DNA of 64,000 nucleotides. It comes from an uncultured delta proteobacterium. Its GTDB lineage: Bacteria > Desulfobacterota > Binatia > UBA9968. The DNA is taken from assembly GCA_963760795.1 (NCBI GenBank), contig CAVXEP010000002.1, forward strand, positions 1-64,000, read 5' to 3'. The translations under genes and the position numbers were made by a program. This document shows positions 29,864 to 40,319 of this stretch, piece after piece. The notes under the pieces were generated by a model that saw nothing but the letters and a program-made list of their open reading frames with translations, searched no databases and was not told the DNA's origin. Numbering within the stretch: position 1 is the first letter of the stretch; the number at the start of each line of letters is the position of its first letter.

Positions 29864-30158
29864 AACGCAGCACCTTGCCGCCCTTGGGCGCGCGCGTCGG
29901 CCCGTAGGGCGTGCCTTTTTCGATGTAGATGCACGAGCCAGCGGAATAGGTCGTGCCGCCGACCTCGATCTCGCCTTCGAGCACATAAAACATTTCATGA
30001 TATGGATGACTGTGCACCGGAATATCGGTGTCCGGCCCCCAGTGGCGGATCATCATCTCCGGTCCACTTCCGCCCGGCGAGACATGCAGCCACTTGGTAA
30101 AGCCGCGGCCGCTCTTGACCTGCTCGACATCGTTTTCATTCACTACATGTATCGCCAT
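29838..30158 (-). CDS. Cupin domain protein
   Basis: PVHSHPYHEMFYVLEG...GSCIYIEKGTPYGP. Confidence 0.85.
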   Translation of the reverse strand: MAIHVVNENDVEQVKSGRGFTKWLHVSPGGSGPEMMIRHWGPDTDIPVHSHPYHEMFYVLEGEIEVGGTTYSAGSCIYIEKGTPYGPTRAPKGGKVLRYAEAGIGK

Positions 30159-30189
30159 AACCCCTCCAGCGTAATATGAAGCTCGCTTT

Positions 30190-30320
30190 TCACCACCAAC
30201 AAGACGCGAAGAGCACGAAGTTTGGAGTACCAATCCCGATTCTTTTTTGCGCCCTTTGCGTTCTTTGCGGCCATTCTTCAATTCGGTTGCGACTGCGCCG
30301 CCCTATGCGTTCGTGGTGAA
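30190..30320. repeat. CACGAAG element interrupted by a TTTGCG element
   Basis: TCACCACCAACAAGACGCGAAGAGCACGAAGTTTGGA ... TTTGCGCCCTTTGCGTTCTTTGCGGCC ... TTCGTGGTGAA. Confidence 0.65.
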
Positions 30321-30396
30321 TCATCCCTATCCTAACACTGTGCCCTTTGCGTTCCCGATCGCGCGGAGACTTGTCGAAGGGTGCGACCAATCCCGC

Positions 30397-31621
30397 TTAT
30401 CCCACCGTCGCGGTTATTCCCAGGTTGCGCTCGCTCTCCGGCACCCACTTCTCATAGGCTGGAATGACAATCATTTGATTCTTCGCCGGGTCGCGCACGA
30501 TGCATCTCGGATCCTCGCCGCGCTTTACTTTGTCGATTTCGCGCAAATACATCTGACGCAATTTAATAATGCCGTCGTCGATGGCCGGGCCGAGATTTTC
30601 ATTTTCGCGGTCGGCAATCGGCGGCATGCTGTCGACCACCATGCCGTCCTCGATGAAATGCAGCGGCGGAATCGGATAGCCAAGCTCGGGACTATCGGAA
30701 TCCAGGTATTCTTTATAGGGCACGATGAACTGCTGCGGCGGCTTCCAACGCTTGCTGAACGGATCGCCTTCATACTTGCCGGGATTGTCCGACGGCTTGA
30801 AGCGCACGCGCATGAGCAACGTGTGGGTGTCGTCGATGGGCACGCTCCAACGCGCCGCCGACACCGGCGTATTGGCGTTCTGACCGGACAAATAGCGCCC
30901 GCCACTGCCGCCACAACTGACCCCGGGCATGAGCAAGTGATGCTCGCGGTAGTTGAGCAGGCCAGGCTCTTTAGTATTGCGATAGGCTTTGTAAACCATG
31001 CCCCATTCGGTTTCGTGAAAGCCCAGCTCCGGCTCGCTGCTCATGATATCCGGCCAAGCGCCGCCATGGGTGAAACTCGGATGCACCGGGTCCATGCCAT
31101 TCTCGACACACTGCAGCCAATTGCAATTCTGTATGCCTTGGATCGTAATATACACTTCGCCGTCGCCGACGAGAAAATTATAGCGCGGCACCAATGGCGC
31201 CGGCTGCGGTCCAAAGTAAGCGAAGATCAGTCCGCCGAGTTCTTCGACGGGATAGGCCGGCAGGCGAATCGACTCTTTTTTCAACTCGCTATTCGGCGGC
31301 TCGCCGGGAATCTGCCGGCAGCGGCCGTCGCGGTCGTACAACCAGCCGTGGTAACGGCAGCGCACCCCGTCCTTCTCGACGTCGCCGAGACATAAATTCG
31401 CCCGCCGGTGCGCGCAGTAGGCGCCGATGACGCCGGCTTTGCCGTTGCCGTCGCGAAACAGGACTAAGTCTTCGCCGAACACGCGAATGAACGTCGGCTT
31501 GATTTTCAAATGCGCCGGAAATCCCGACGGGCCACCAATAGCGCCGCAAAAACTCCCCCATCGGCGTGCCCTTGCCGGTGCGCGTGAGAATTTCATTTTC
31601 TTCTTTGCTGGTTTTGTACAT
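30397..31621 (-). CDS. Rieske non-heme iron oxygenase alpha subunit (phthalate/vanillate type), frameshift near 31520
   Basis: EENEILTRTG.GTPMGEFLRRYWWP; CAH..CRYH; ENGMDPVH...H; ED. Confidence 0.9.
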
Positions 31622-31637
31622 TTAATGTTCTCCGGAT

Positions 31638-31810
31638 ATTTAACCACAAAGAGCACAAAGTTCACAAAAATAAGGGCCGTATGCGGAGGGCTCCGAGTTC
31701 GCCATTTGAGAATTTTGCGTTCATAGGCGGCCAAGTCTCAGACGGCAACGTCGGATCGCCTCGCATCCAGCATCTATTTTTTGTGAACTTTGTGCCCTTT
31801 GTGGTTAAAT
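31638..31810. repeat. Long inverted repeat of CACAAAG 9-mers
   Basis: ATTTAACCACAAAGAGCACAAAGTTCACAAAAA and its inverse with 1 mismatch; spacer about 100 bp. Confidence 0.85.
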
Positions 31811-31818
31811 TCTTTTTC

Positions 31819-32884
31819 CTACTGTCCCAATATCTTTTTCATGCGCTCGATCACGTCGGCCGGCTGGGTCATGACGCGTTTGCCGATGGTTTCCAATTCC
31901 TCGCCGGTCACCGGTTCGAGTTCCCAACCGCGGGTTTTTGCTTCGGCGACTAACTCCGGCGCGGTCAGCGCTTTGTTGAAGGCGTCGCGCAAGAGCTTCA
32001 CCCGGTCGGCGGGCACGCCCGGCGTCGTCGCCAGCGGCCGGCCGATGTAGTCCGGCGAAAGCAAGACCGTCGCCAAACGGCGCGTAACATCCGGGGCCTT
32101 GCGTTTGTCCATCAATTCATGAAGCGTCGCGACGTCGGCAATCCGCGCCATCGCGCTTGGCGCCGCCGGTGATCAGCACCCGGGCAAAGCCGTTCTTCGC
32201 CCAACTTTTGCTCGGCTCGCTGCCGAAGTAGCCTTCCAAACTGCCGGCGCGGCACTGCACTTCGTTCTTTTGAATCGCCAGATCGATTTCCGCCGCGCCG
32301 GGATAGCCGAGGACGAGATTGAATTTCACCCCTAATCCTTCTTCAATCAAGCGCGGGAAGTAATGTCCCACTGTGCCCAGCGCCGTGGCGCCGCAGCGCG
32401 GCCCCTCGGCGGCGCCGCGCAGGTCCTCGATGGTTTTAAACGGCGAGTCGCCGCGGATGTAAATAATCCGCTGGGTCTGTTCCGGCGAGCCGAGCCAAAC
32501 AAACTTGGCCCAATCGAACTGCACTTCCTTGGCACCGATCAGTTGATTGAAAAAGAGCCCTGGGGTGAAAAAACCCATGGTCAAACCGTCCGGTTTGGCG
32601 ACGCTATACAGATAATTCGCCGCCGTCAGGGAACCGGCGCCGGGCATGTTTTGGAGAATGATCTGCGGTTTGCCGGGAATATACTGGCTCATCGCTCGCG
32701 ACAGCGCCCGCCCCCATAGATCGCTGATGCCGCCGGCGGAAAAACCGATGACCAGCCGAATGGTTTTGTCTTCGTAGAAGTTTCCCTGGGCGACGGCTGA
32801 CCCACTCGTCAGTAAAAGCAAAGAAACCGCAAGTCGCGATGACCAGCGGTTTCTTCCAGCAGAATGAATATTCCAGATTGGCAT
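31819..32884 (-). CDS. Bug/TctC-like substrate-binding protein, frameshift near 32150
   Basis: NFYEDKTI..GFSAGG..D, NMPGAGS..AANY, KPDGLT, GYPG. Confidence 0.87.
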
Positions 32885-32910
32885 TTTGCCTTTTAACTTT
32901 TGCCTTGGAT

Positions 32911-33882
32911 CTATTGTCCCTTGAATTCCAACCGCGGATCCCAGGTGTGCAGCAGGCCCAGTTCATCGAGGGCTTCTTTCAAATATTTAAAATTATAGTA
33001 GTCGCTTACCGGTTTTTTCGGCAGCTTCCACTCGCTGGTGTAGAAGTCCACCTTGCGCTGATACGCCTCCAAGTCGAGCACCGGCCCCCACTCTTTGTGC
33101 ACTTCGTCATAAGCCAGCGTCGCCAACTCGCGGTTGATGAAATGATTGTGGCGCAAGATCGAATCGAGGGTTTCCTGCTTGCTGTGGCGCGCCACCATGA
33201 CTCCGCGCAAGAGCGCGCGAATCATGCCTTTGACCACCAACGGCTTCTCGGCGATGACCGCCGGCGAAGTGGAAAAGCCCGCCTCGGGGATCGAAAAAAG
33301 ATCGCGGCAGGACTGCAGCGCATGACCGCCCATCTGCACGGCGATGTTCCAGTGCGGTGGATCGCAGCACACCGCGTCGACTTCGCCGCGTTCGAACAGC
33401 CCCAGGCGAAAGCGTTCGGTGTTGGGCGGCTTGCCGCGGCTGTCGATCCACGTCACATCCTTTTCCGGATCGACGCCGAAGTGGCGCATGACCATCTTGG
33501 CGTCCATGCTCGACCCGCCTTTGAGGTCGCCGGCGATCTTTCTTCCTTTCAAGTCGCCTACATCTTTGACATAGGGCTTGGCGACGAAGACATGCGCCGT
33601 GCGGTTGGCGATCGACACGACGTTGACTTCGCCGTCGATATGATCGCGGTTTTCCAGCACCGAGCGAAACGGCGGCGAGCCGCCGGGCGATTGAAAGATT
33701 ATCGCGCCGTCTTTGCGCCATTGGTGGCGCGGGTGTTCGCTGTCTGGAATCCCTTGCACCGGCCGCAGATCGACATCCAAGCCTTCCTCTTTAAAAAATC
33801 CCTTGTCGTAGGCGACCCACATCGGCGCGATGTTAAGCGGCAAGGCCGGGCCGAACACCACGATTTTTTCATTGGAAATCAT
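32911..33882 (-). CDS. NMT1/THI5-like PBP-fold protein lacking a signal peptide
   Basis: PMWVAYDKGFFKEEGLDV, DLKGRKIA, GEVDA; the mature fold starts directly at Met1. Confidence 0.78.
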   Translation of the reverse strand: MISNEKIVVFGPALPLNIAPMWVAYDKGFFKEEGLDVDLRPVQGIPDSEHPRHQWRKDGAIIFQSPGGSPPFRSVLENRDHIDGEVNVVSIANRTAHVFVAKPYVKDVGDLKGRKIAGDLKGGSSMDAKMVMRHFGVDPEKDVTWIDSRGKPPNTERFRLGLFERGEVDAVCCDPPHWNIAVQMGGHALQSCRDLFSIPEAGFSTSPAVIAEKPLVVKGMIRALLRGVMVARHSKQETLDSILRHNHFINRELATLAYDEVHKEWGPVLDLEAYQRKVDFYTSEWKLPKKPVSDYYNFKYLKEALDELGLLHTWDPRLEFKGQ

Positions 33883-34058
33883 TCACACGCTCCTTGCCAA
33901 GATCGATAAGATGATCGATGAAATGCTCGCTAAGCCCAGCGAACACTCTCAATCGTTTACAGGCGTGCGCCGGCAAGGTCAAGCCTCTCGCGTTGACTCT
34001 AGGCAACCGGAGTGTTACCCCCGTTGCAATCATAATTGCCCTGGAAAAGGATTTGACA

Positions 34059-35102
34059 ATGTACTTGCTCGCCGCGCTGGTCACGCTCTCTTTGTTTTGC
34101 CAACAGGCCACCGTTCACGGCGCCGAGACCAAAGCGAAAGAGCTGTTGAAGCTGCGCGTGGGTCTCGCCTCCTCCCCCGTGCCGCCGCTGCCCAATTCGG
34201 TTAATTGGTTGGCCAAAGACCTGGGCTTCTATCAGCGCGAAGGACTCGAAGTCGAATTGATCGAATTGCAGGGGACGCCGCTGGCGGTGGCCGCGATGAT
34301 ATCCGGCGACATCGATGTCGGCAACATCGCAACCTCCGAAGCGATTCGCCTGACCGCGGCCAAAGCCCAACCCCTGCGCGCGATTCACTCGCCCGACGCG
34401 CGGCTTTATTTTCTTGTCGCCGCGCGCGACGAGATCAAATCGGCTCAGGATCTGCACGGTAAATCTTTCGCCGTGGCGCGCCTCGGAAGCGTCGATCACA
34501 CCCTATCGATGGCCGCGCTCAAGGGGCTCGGCGTGAACACCGCTAACCTGACGGTTCTCGCCATGGGCGTGCCGTCGATCCGTGCCCAGGCTCTGGTGGC
34601 CGGCCGCGTCGACGCGACGACAATGTCGGTGGGCACCTGGGCGACGATTCAACGCGAAGCCGGGGTCAAAGTGTTGATCGATCAAAACCTATTTTTCGAA
34701 AACGCCACCGTAGTGGAAAAGGTCAACGCGGCAACGGCCAAAGTCATCGAGGAAAAGTCCGAGCAGCTGCGCCGCTTCACCGCGGCGATCATAAAAACCA
34801 GCCGCCACTTCGCCGACAACCAAGAGGCCTGGGTCAACGCCATCACCAAGCGCCGGCCCAAGCTCGACCGCAAAGACGCGGCGAATTTATGGACGGGCTT
34901 TAAAACCGCCTGGGCGGTCAACGGCTTGATGAATCTCGAGCAGTACAGAAAAACCGCCGAGTTCAACTACCAAACAGCGTCATTCGAGAAAGTTCCCAAG
35001 ATCGACGTCATCGAATGGACCGACACCCGTTTCGTCGACGACGTGCTCAAAGAGATTGGCGTAAACCAGAAATTCGACCCGCCGGGCCGGACAATCCGTT
35101 AA
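34059..35102 (+). CDS. ABC substrate-binding protein, NMT1/SsuA-like
   Basis: Signal peptide; LAKDLGFYQREGLEVE, ALVAGRVDA. Confidence 0.85.
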   Translation: MYLLAALVTLSLFCQQATVHGAETKAKELLKLRVGLASSPVPPLPNSVNWLAKDLGFYQREGLEVELIELQGTPLAVAAMISGDIDVGNIATSEAIRLTAAKAQPLRAIHSPDARLYFLVAARDEIKSAQDLHGKSFAVARLGSVDHTLSMAALKGLGVNTANLTVLAMGVPSIRAQALVAGRVDATTMSVGTWATIQREAGVKVLIDQNLFFENATVVEKVNAATAKVIEEKSEQLRRFTAAIIKTSRHFADNQEAWVNAITKRRPKLDRKDAANLWTGFKTAWAVNGLMNLEQYRKTAEFNYQTASFEKVPKIDVIEWTDTRFVDDVLKEIGVNQKFDPPGRTIR

Positions 35103-35178
35103 CGAGGTCGAAGAACCAGAATAGCCGTTTAGCACTGAATCACCTACATCAGACAGACCACGCCCGATCCAAAACCGA

Positions 35179-35213
35179 TTCGAACGTTTGGAACGTTTTG
35201 AACGGCTTGAACC
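35179..35213 (+). repeat. TTGAAC 9-mer array
   Basis: TTCGAACGT TTGGAACGT TTTGAACGG CTTGAAC. Confidence 0.7.
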
Positions 35214-35216
35214 TTG

Positions 35217-36566
35217 TTATTCTAGCGCCGGCACGGTCACCGACTCGCGTGCGCCTTCGACCCAATCGACATTATCCGGAATCACCACGGCGCTGCCGCG
35301 CACGCGATAGACGCTCGCCTCGCGCGCGCCGGTGGGCATCCTGTGGTGATCGCGCCACGCCTGAGCCGCTTGCAACAGCATCAAGCGCGCTTTGATGACG
35401 GTCAGGTCGCCGGCGCAGAGATTCTCTTTGGTGCGGTCGAGGATCGGCGCCGGCCCTTCATTCTCGGTCACGCAGACATCTTGCAGGTTCACTCCGGCGA
35501 TGCCGAAGCGCCGGGTTTTATGCAACTCCCAGTTCATCAAGTAATCGTTGGCCTTGTTGGCCTTCATGCGGATATGTCCAAATGGCACGGAATTAGTCGG
35601 CGCATCGTAGGCTTCTTCGGCGAAGACGCCGCGCAGGGTTTCTTTGGAGGACCCTTTGACGCTCTTGTTAGGAAACCATTTGATCTGCCATTTGACGCAG
35701 CTCTCATCGTCGACCGGAATGTAGGCGCGCGCCTGCTTCTGATCGCCGCCCGGCGGCATGGTGTAAAAGGGCATGATGAATTGATTGACCCGCCACAAGC
35801 TCTTGCCATCCCCCGCCGACCGCTTGGCGCCGTAGGTAAAACCGCCCGGCGTGTCGGCGATCGCCACGTCCATTGGCGTGCGCGCACCGGAGCGCTGCGC
35901 CACTTTGTGCTGGTCCGGCTGGTGCGCGGCCGTCAACTCTTCATCGGCCAGATCGTAGGGCGAGTGCAACCACATGACGTGAGTCGGATCGATCCCGCCT
36001 TCGAGCACTTGCAAGTAATTGCACTCCTGAAAGAACAAACGATATTGCCGGTCCTCGTCGCCGACCCGGAGAAACTCCAGATCCGGCAGCTCGGGCACCT
36101 CTTGCCCGCGCCCCATGTAGGTCCAGATGATACCGCCGCGTTCGACGCATGGATAAGCCGGATGATGAATGCGCTCGGTGAACGCCAGCTCGGCAGGAAT
36201 GTTCGGCATCTCCAGACATTTTCCAACCGGAGCAAACTTCCAGCCGTGATAAATGCAGCGCAGGCCGTCTTCCTCGACCCGGCCGTAAAACAGCGGCGCC
36301 AACCGGTGTGGGCAAAAGGAACCGATCAAACCGAGCTGGCCGTTCTTGGCGCGAAACAATACCAAATCCTCACCGAGCAATTTGATCCGCACCGGCCGCC
36401 CGCCGGGCTCCTGCACATCCGCCGCCGGGGTCACGGGTATCCAGTACTGGCGGAACAGATTGCCCATCAACGATCCGGGGCCAACTCGGGTCAGCGCGTC
36501 ATTTTCTTCGCTGGTAAAGTTGTGAATCGCCTCTCCCCCGGCTTGATACATGCTCTCGGCTTTCAT
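35217..36566 (-). CDS. Rieske non-heme iron oxygenase alpha subunit (phthalate 4,5-dioxygenase-like family)
   Basis: LTRVGPGSLMG.LFRQYWIP; CPH..CIYH; EGGIDPTH...LH; QD. Confidence 0.92.
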   Translation of the reverse strand: MKAESMYQAGGEAIHNFTSEENDALTRVGPGSLMGNLFRQYWIPVTPAADVQEPGGRPVRIKLLGEDLVLFRAKNGQLGLIGSFCPHRLAPLFYGRVEEDGLRCIYHGWKFAPVGKCLEMPNIPAELAFTERIHHPAYPCVERGGIIWTYMGRGQEVPELPDLEFLRVGDEDRQYRLFFQECNYLQVLEGGIDPTHVMWLHSPYDLADEELTAAHQPDQHKVAQRSGARTPMDVAIADTPGGFTYGAKRSAGDGKSLWRVNQFIMPFYTMPPGGDQKQARAYIPVDDESCVKWQIKWFPNKSVKGSSKETLRGVFAEEAYDAPTNSVPFGHIRMKANKANDYLMNWELHKTRRFGIAGVNLQDVCVTENEGPAPILDRTKENLCAGDLTVIKARLMLLQAAQAWRDHHRMPTGAREASVYRVRGSAVVIPDNVDWVEGARESVTVPALE

Positions 36567-36670
36567 CGGCGTCTCCTCTGCCGCGAGATTCCCTTAATCC
36601 CTCGCAGCTGTCAAACTTCGGCGCCACGATGGCAAAATCTCCGTGACCCGGGTCCGATCCGATCCTGACG

Positions 36671-36706
36671 ATTTGAACGGTTTGAACGGCTTCAACATTT
36701 TGAACG
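36671..36706 (+). repeat. TTGAAC 9-mer array
   Basis: TTTGAACGG TTTGAACGG CTTCAACAT TTTGAACG. Confidence 0.7.
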
Positions 36707-36795
36707 AGTTATCCTCGAACTTGACAGTAAAATAATGAAGTGGAATGGTGACTGCGCGATCAATCACCATTCTAAATGCTCAGGAGGGATCTCTC

Positions 36796-37872
36796 ATGAT
36801 TGGCTTGTCCCACGGCGGCACGACTATCTATTCATCTCCGACACCATCAAATCGAATGCTCGTCGGCACCCGCGAAGGCGCGGTCACCCTCGAACGTGAC
36901 GCGCCGGGTACGGAGTGGCGCATCGGCCAGCGCGCCGTCACCGACAAACATATCAGCGCGATCATGAAAGAACCGGAGAGCGGCCTGGTCTTCGCCGGGG
37001 CGTTTCACGGCGGCGTCATGGTCAGCGCCGACGAGGGCAAAAGCTGGGAAGCGCGCAACAATGGCATGACGCAGAACAATGTCTACTCGCTGGCAGCGAA
37101 AAATATCAACGGCCATGTGCGCCTGTTCGCCGGCACCGAGCCGGCGCATCTCTTCGTCAGCGAAGACTTGGGTCTCAACTGGCGCGAGCTGCCCGCTCTG
37201 CGTTCCGTGCCGAGCGTGCCCAAGTGGAGCTTCCCGGCGCCGCCCCATGTCGGCCATGTCAAACATATCAATTTCGATGCCGACAACCCGAATACGATCT
37301 ATGCGTCGGTCGAAGTCGGCGGCTTGTTGCGCAGCACCGACGGCGGCGAGAGTTGGGACGAATTTCCCGGCCTCTACGAAGACGTGCACCGCTTGATGAT
37401 TCATCCCGCCGACACGAGCTTTTTATACGCCGTCACCGGCCGCGGCCTCTACACCGGGCCGGAGCGCGGCGCGCGCTGGGAGCAGTGGACCAAAAGAGAA
37501 GACGAAATCGGCGGCTACCCCGACGGCTTCGTATTCCGCCCCAGCGATCCGAAACTACTTTTCATGACCGCCGCCCACGATGCGCCGGGCACTTGGCGTA
37601 ACACCCACTTCGCCGGCGCGCGCATCTCGCGCAGCAAAGACGGCGGCCGCAGTTGGGAAATATTGAAGAACGGTCTCCCCGACCGGTTGCAAGCGAGCAT
37701 CGAAGCGTTCTGTCTTGAAGAAGCGGGATCATCCACCGAGATCTACGCCGCGACCACCGCCGGCGAAATCCTCTGCAGCGGCGACCTCGGCGACAGCTGG
37801 AAAGTCGTCGTCAAAGGATTAGCGCCGATTTCCAAGGCCGGACATTACCGCGCGCTGGTGCAAGCGGCTTAG
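36796..37872 (+). CDS. BNR/Asp-box beta-propeller protein, cytoplasmic
   Basis: Repeated SxDxGxSW boxes (SADEGKSW, SEDLGLNW, STDGGESW, SKDGGRSW, SGDLGDSW); AGTEPA, PPH..HV, DVH. Confidence 0.85.
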   Translation: MIGLSHGGTTIYSSPTPSNRMLVGTREGAVTLERDAPGTEWRIGQRAVTDKHISAIMKEPESGLVFAGAFHGGVMVSADEGKSWEARNNGMTQNNVYSLAAKNINGHVRLFAGTEPAHLFVSEDLGLNWRELPALRSVPSVPKWSFPAPPHVGHVKHINFDADNPNTIYASVEVGGLLRSTDGGESWDEFPGLYEDVHRLMIHPADTSFLYAVTGRGLYTGPERGARWEQWTKREDEIGGYPDGFVFRPSDPKLLFMTAAHDAPGTWRNTHFAGARISRSKDGGRSWEILKNGLPDRLQASIEAFCLEEAGSSTEIYAATTAGEILCSGDLGDSWKVVVKGLAPISKAGHYRALVQAA

Positions 37873-37889
37873 TTCACGGGTGCAATTAA

Positions 37890-37954
37890 GTCGGGGCGAA
37901 AGATTTTTCGCCCCGACAATCCTATTTTGTGCCCTTTCGCGTTGCTTTGCGGCT
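37890..37954. repeat. REP-like palindrome plus a degenerate TTTGCG array; possible terminator
   Basis: GTCGGGGCGAAA-GATT-TTTCGCCCCGAC, a perfect 12-bp stem, between convergent genes. Confidence 0.75.
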
Positions 37955-37976
37955 AGTCTTCCGAATCTTAAATTTC

Positions 37977-38748
37977 TCAGGCCAGCTGGGGTCGGCCAGC
38001 CGTGATGCCGCCGTCGATGACGTAGACACCGCCGGTGATCTGCCGGGCTTTTTCCGAGGCAAGAAACAACGCCAACTCCGCCACGTCACTCGGTTCGCCG
38101 ATCCGGCCGAGAGGAATCTGCTTGGGCAAGTTCTTGATCTCGTGAGATGGGATCAACGGCGTGCGTGTCGCGCCGGGGCAGATGCAGTTCACCCGGATGC
38201 CGTAGGCGGCGAATTCCAGGGCGGTGGTTTTGGTCATCATCACCAGTGCGGCTTTCGACGCGCAGTAGGCCAAGCCGCCGGCGTAGCCAACCAGTCGCGG
38301 CGGTTGATGCGATGTTGATAATCGTCCCCTTGCTCCACTTGAGATGGGGCAAGCCATATTTGCTGCTGAGAAATGCCGCGCGCGCGTTGACCGCCATGAC
38401 ATCGTCCCACTGCGCCGCCGAAGCCTTGTCGATGGGCGCGAGTTTCTGAATGCCGGCGTTGTTGCACAGGACATCGATCCGGCCAAAACGTTGCACGGTG
38501 CGGCGGATCAGAGCGCGGATTTGAGACTCGCTACGCACATCGGCGAGAAAATAGACCGCGTCACCGCCCAGGGCCCGCAGTGTCGCCACAACCCGGTGCC
38601 CTTTGCGCCGGTCCAGACCGCCGATCGCCACGCGATAATCTGCTTCGACGAACTTGCGCGCGATCCCAAGACCGATGCCCGAATCCCCGCCGGTCACGAG
38701 GAGCACCGGCGGTCTGTTCAGATGTGATATCGGGTTATTTGCTATCAT
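37977..38748 (-). CDS. SDR family oxidoreductase, frameshift near 38295
   Basis: TGGDSGIG, NNAG, YCASK, IRVNCICPG, ITG..IDGG. Confidence 0.9.
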
Positions 38749-38840
38749 GAGAATTGCCAAGTCGTCTCTCCGGCGGCTCGAACTTCGTCAACAAAAGTCC
38801 GCAGGTCGAGTGCCGCTTGCAAGCGCTGTTGGTTATTCAT
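38745..38840 (-). pseudogene. Possible N-terminal remnant of a UbiD-family decarboxylase
   Basis: MNNQQRLQAALDLRTFVDEVRAAGE with an AAGG purine tract just upstream; stop codon overlaps the SDR start. Confidence 0.4.
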
Positions 38841-39005
38841 CCTTGTGGTTGTTGCTCCACTGTAGGTCAAGATTGTGCTGCGTACGCTATCGATATTTAC
38901 TAGCATTCTCACCGGGCAGCCCACGCAAAATTTCGGATGATCTGGAATACCCGAAGGGGGATTGACTCCCGCCAAAACGTAAAGCACGCCAAGTGCGGAA
39001 TCGTT

Positions 39006-39160
39006 GTCATTTCGACCAGAGGGAGAAATCTCTCCTAGATCCGTCGCATTTGCTCGGGATCACGGGCACCAGTCCGTCGCCTTTGCGAGCTTAGCGCCTT
39101 TGCGGGAGATATTCCGACTTTCGCTTGCCGCTGTGCCGCGCTAGGTTCTTCGTGGTGGAT
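39006..39160. repeat. Composite intergenic element; second copy at about 56225-56315
   Basis: AAATCT.TC.TAGATC..TCGCATT.GCTCGGGAT...TCCGTC.CCTTT...GCGGGAGATA.TCCGA is shared between the two sites. Confidence 0.7.
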
Positions 39161-39196
39161 AATCATCCACAACGACACGCTGAAGAACCAAACAAA

Positions 39197-40279
39197 CTAT
39201 CTGCCATTGGCGCCCAACCCGTAAAACCGGCGCGCGTTGCCACCGAGCACCGCCGCTTTGTCGGCGCTGTCGAGATCGCCGCGCGCGAGCAGCTGGTCGA
39301 TCTCATGACGGCATTTCTCGGCGTTGAAAACCTCGTGGGGAAAGTCGCTGCCAAAGACAAACGCGTCGCGCCCGGCTTTTTGCACGGCGAAGCCCAAGCC
39401 ATCGTCGTCGACATCGAAGCCGACATAGATACGTCCGTCGCGCATTTGCCGGCGCAGATAATCGCTCGCCTTCTCGCCCGGCTGCGGGCCGCCGACCGGT
39501 TGATCGTCGAAGTCCACTTGCAGGTGGCCGGGATGATAGGAACGGTCGAGGCGATCGAGGAAAAATGGCACCCAGGTCGAGCCGCCTTCGAGAAAGGCAA
39601 CGCGAATACCGGGAAACCGCTCGAAGATGCCATGGGCGAGCAGCCCGGCGGCTTGAATGGCGATGCCAAAAGGATGGCCCAGCGCGTGCACCGGATAGTA
39701 GGTGCTAAAACCGTCCATGCCGAGATGGTGCAGCGAACCGACATGCACCGCCAAGGCGCAGCCGAGCTTCTCCGCCTCCTCGTAGATCGGCCAATACATC
39801 TTGGCGCCGAGATGATCCTTGATGCCCTCGCCATTGGACGGCAGCATGCCGCCGAGCATGCCAAACTCCTTCACCGCGCGGCGCAATTCGAGGACGGCGG
39901 CGTCGACATCTTGGATTGGCAACAGCGCCATCCCCTTGAGCCGGGAATTTTTGCTGGTGAACTTTTCGTAGAGCCAGTTGTTGTAGGCGCGGCAAGCGGC
40001 GACCGCCCAGTGCGCCGAAACAAACCGGCCTACGGCGAGGCCAAACGTCGGATAGAGCACGCTGGACGAAATCCCGGTCTCGTCGAGAAAACGCACCCAC
40101 TCCTGCGGTCCGGGATTTTCCAGCCCGGCGCGATTGCCAGAGGGCCGCAGATAGTGAAAGTGCAGATGATCGAGCACCGGAAAGATCTGCGACGAACGAT
40201 TACCCGCCGGCATATATTTGGCGATCGCCTCTTGATCGGCGATATCGTTCACATGGCCGTCAGCGTCGATGATTTCCAT
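39197..40279 (-). CDS. Amidohydrolase_2 family protein
   Basis: IIDADGHV, VLYPT, CRAYNNW, FLEGG..W, FGSDFPH. Confidence 0.9.
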   Translation of the reverse strand: MEIIDADGHVNDIADQEAIAKYMPAGNRSSQIFPVLDHLHFHYLRPSGNRAGLENPGPQEWVRFLDETGISSSVLYPTFGLAVGRFVSAHWAVAACRAYNNWLYEKFTSKNSRLKGMALLPIQDVDAAVLELRRAVKEFGMLGGMLPSNGEGIKDHLGAKMYWPIYEEAEKLGCALAVHVGSLHHLGMDGFSTYYPVHALGHPFGIAIQAAGLLAHGIFERFPGIRVAFLEGGSTWVPFFLDRLDRSYHPGHLQVDFDDQPVGGPQPGEKASDYLRRQMRDGRIYVGFDVDDDGLGFAVQKAGRDAFVFGSDFPHEVFNAEKCRHEIDQLLARGDLDSADKAAVLGGNARRFYGLGANGR

Positions 40280-40319
40280 GAAGTCTCCTAGTCTGCCCCG
40301 CATTAAGAAAGGGGCACAC

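Noticed and set aside
36721-36750. Perfect TTGACA upstream of the beta-propeller gene
   Set aside because: No acceptable -10 box at 16-18 bp spacing.
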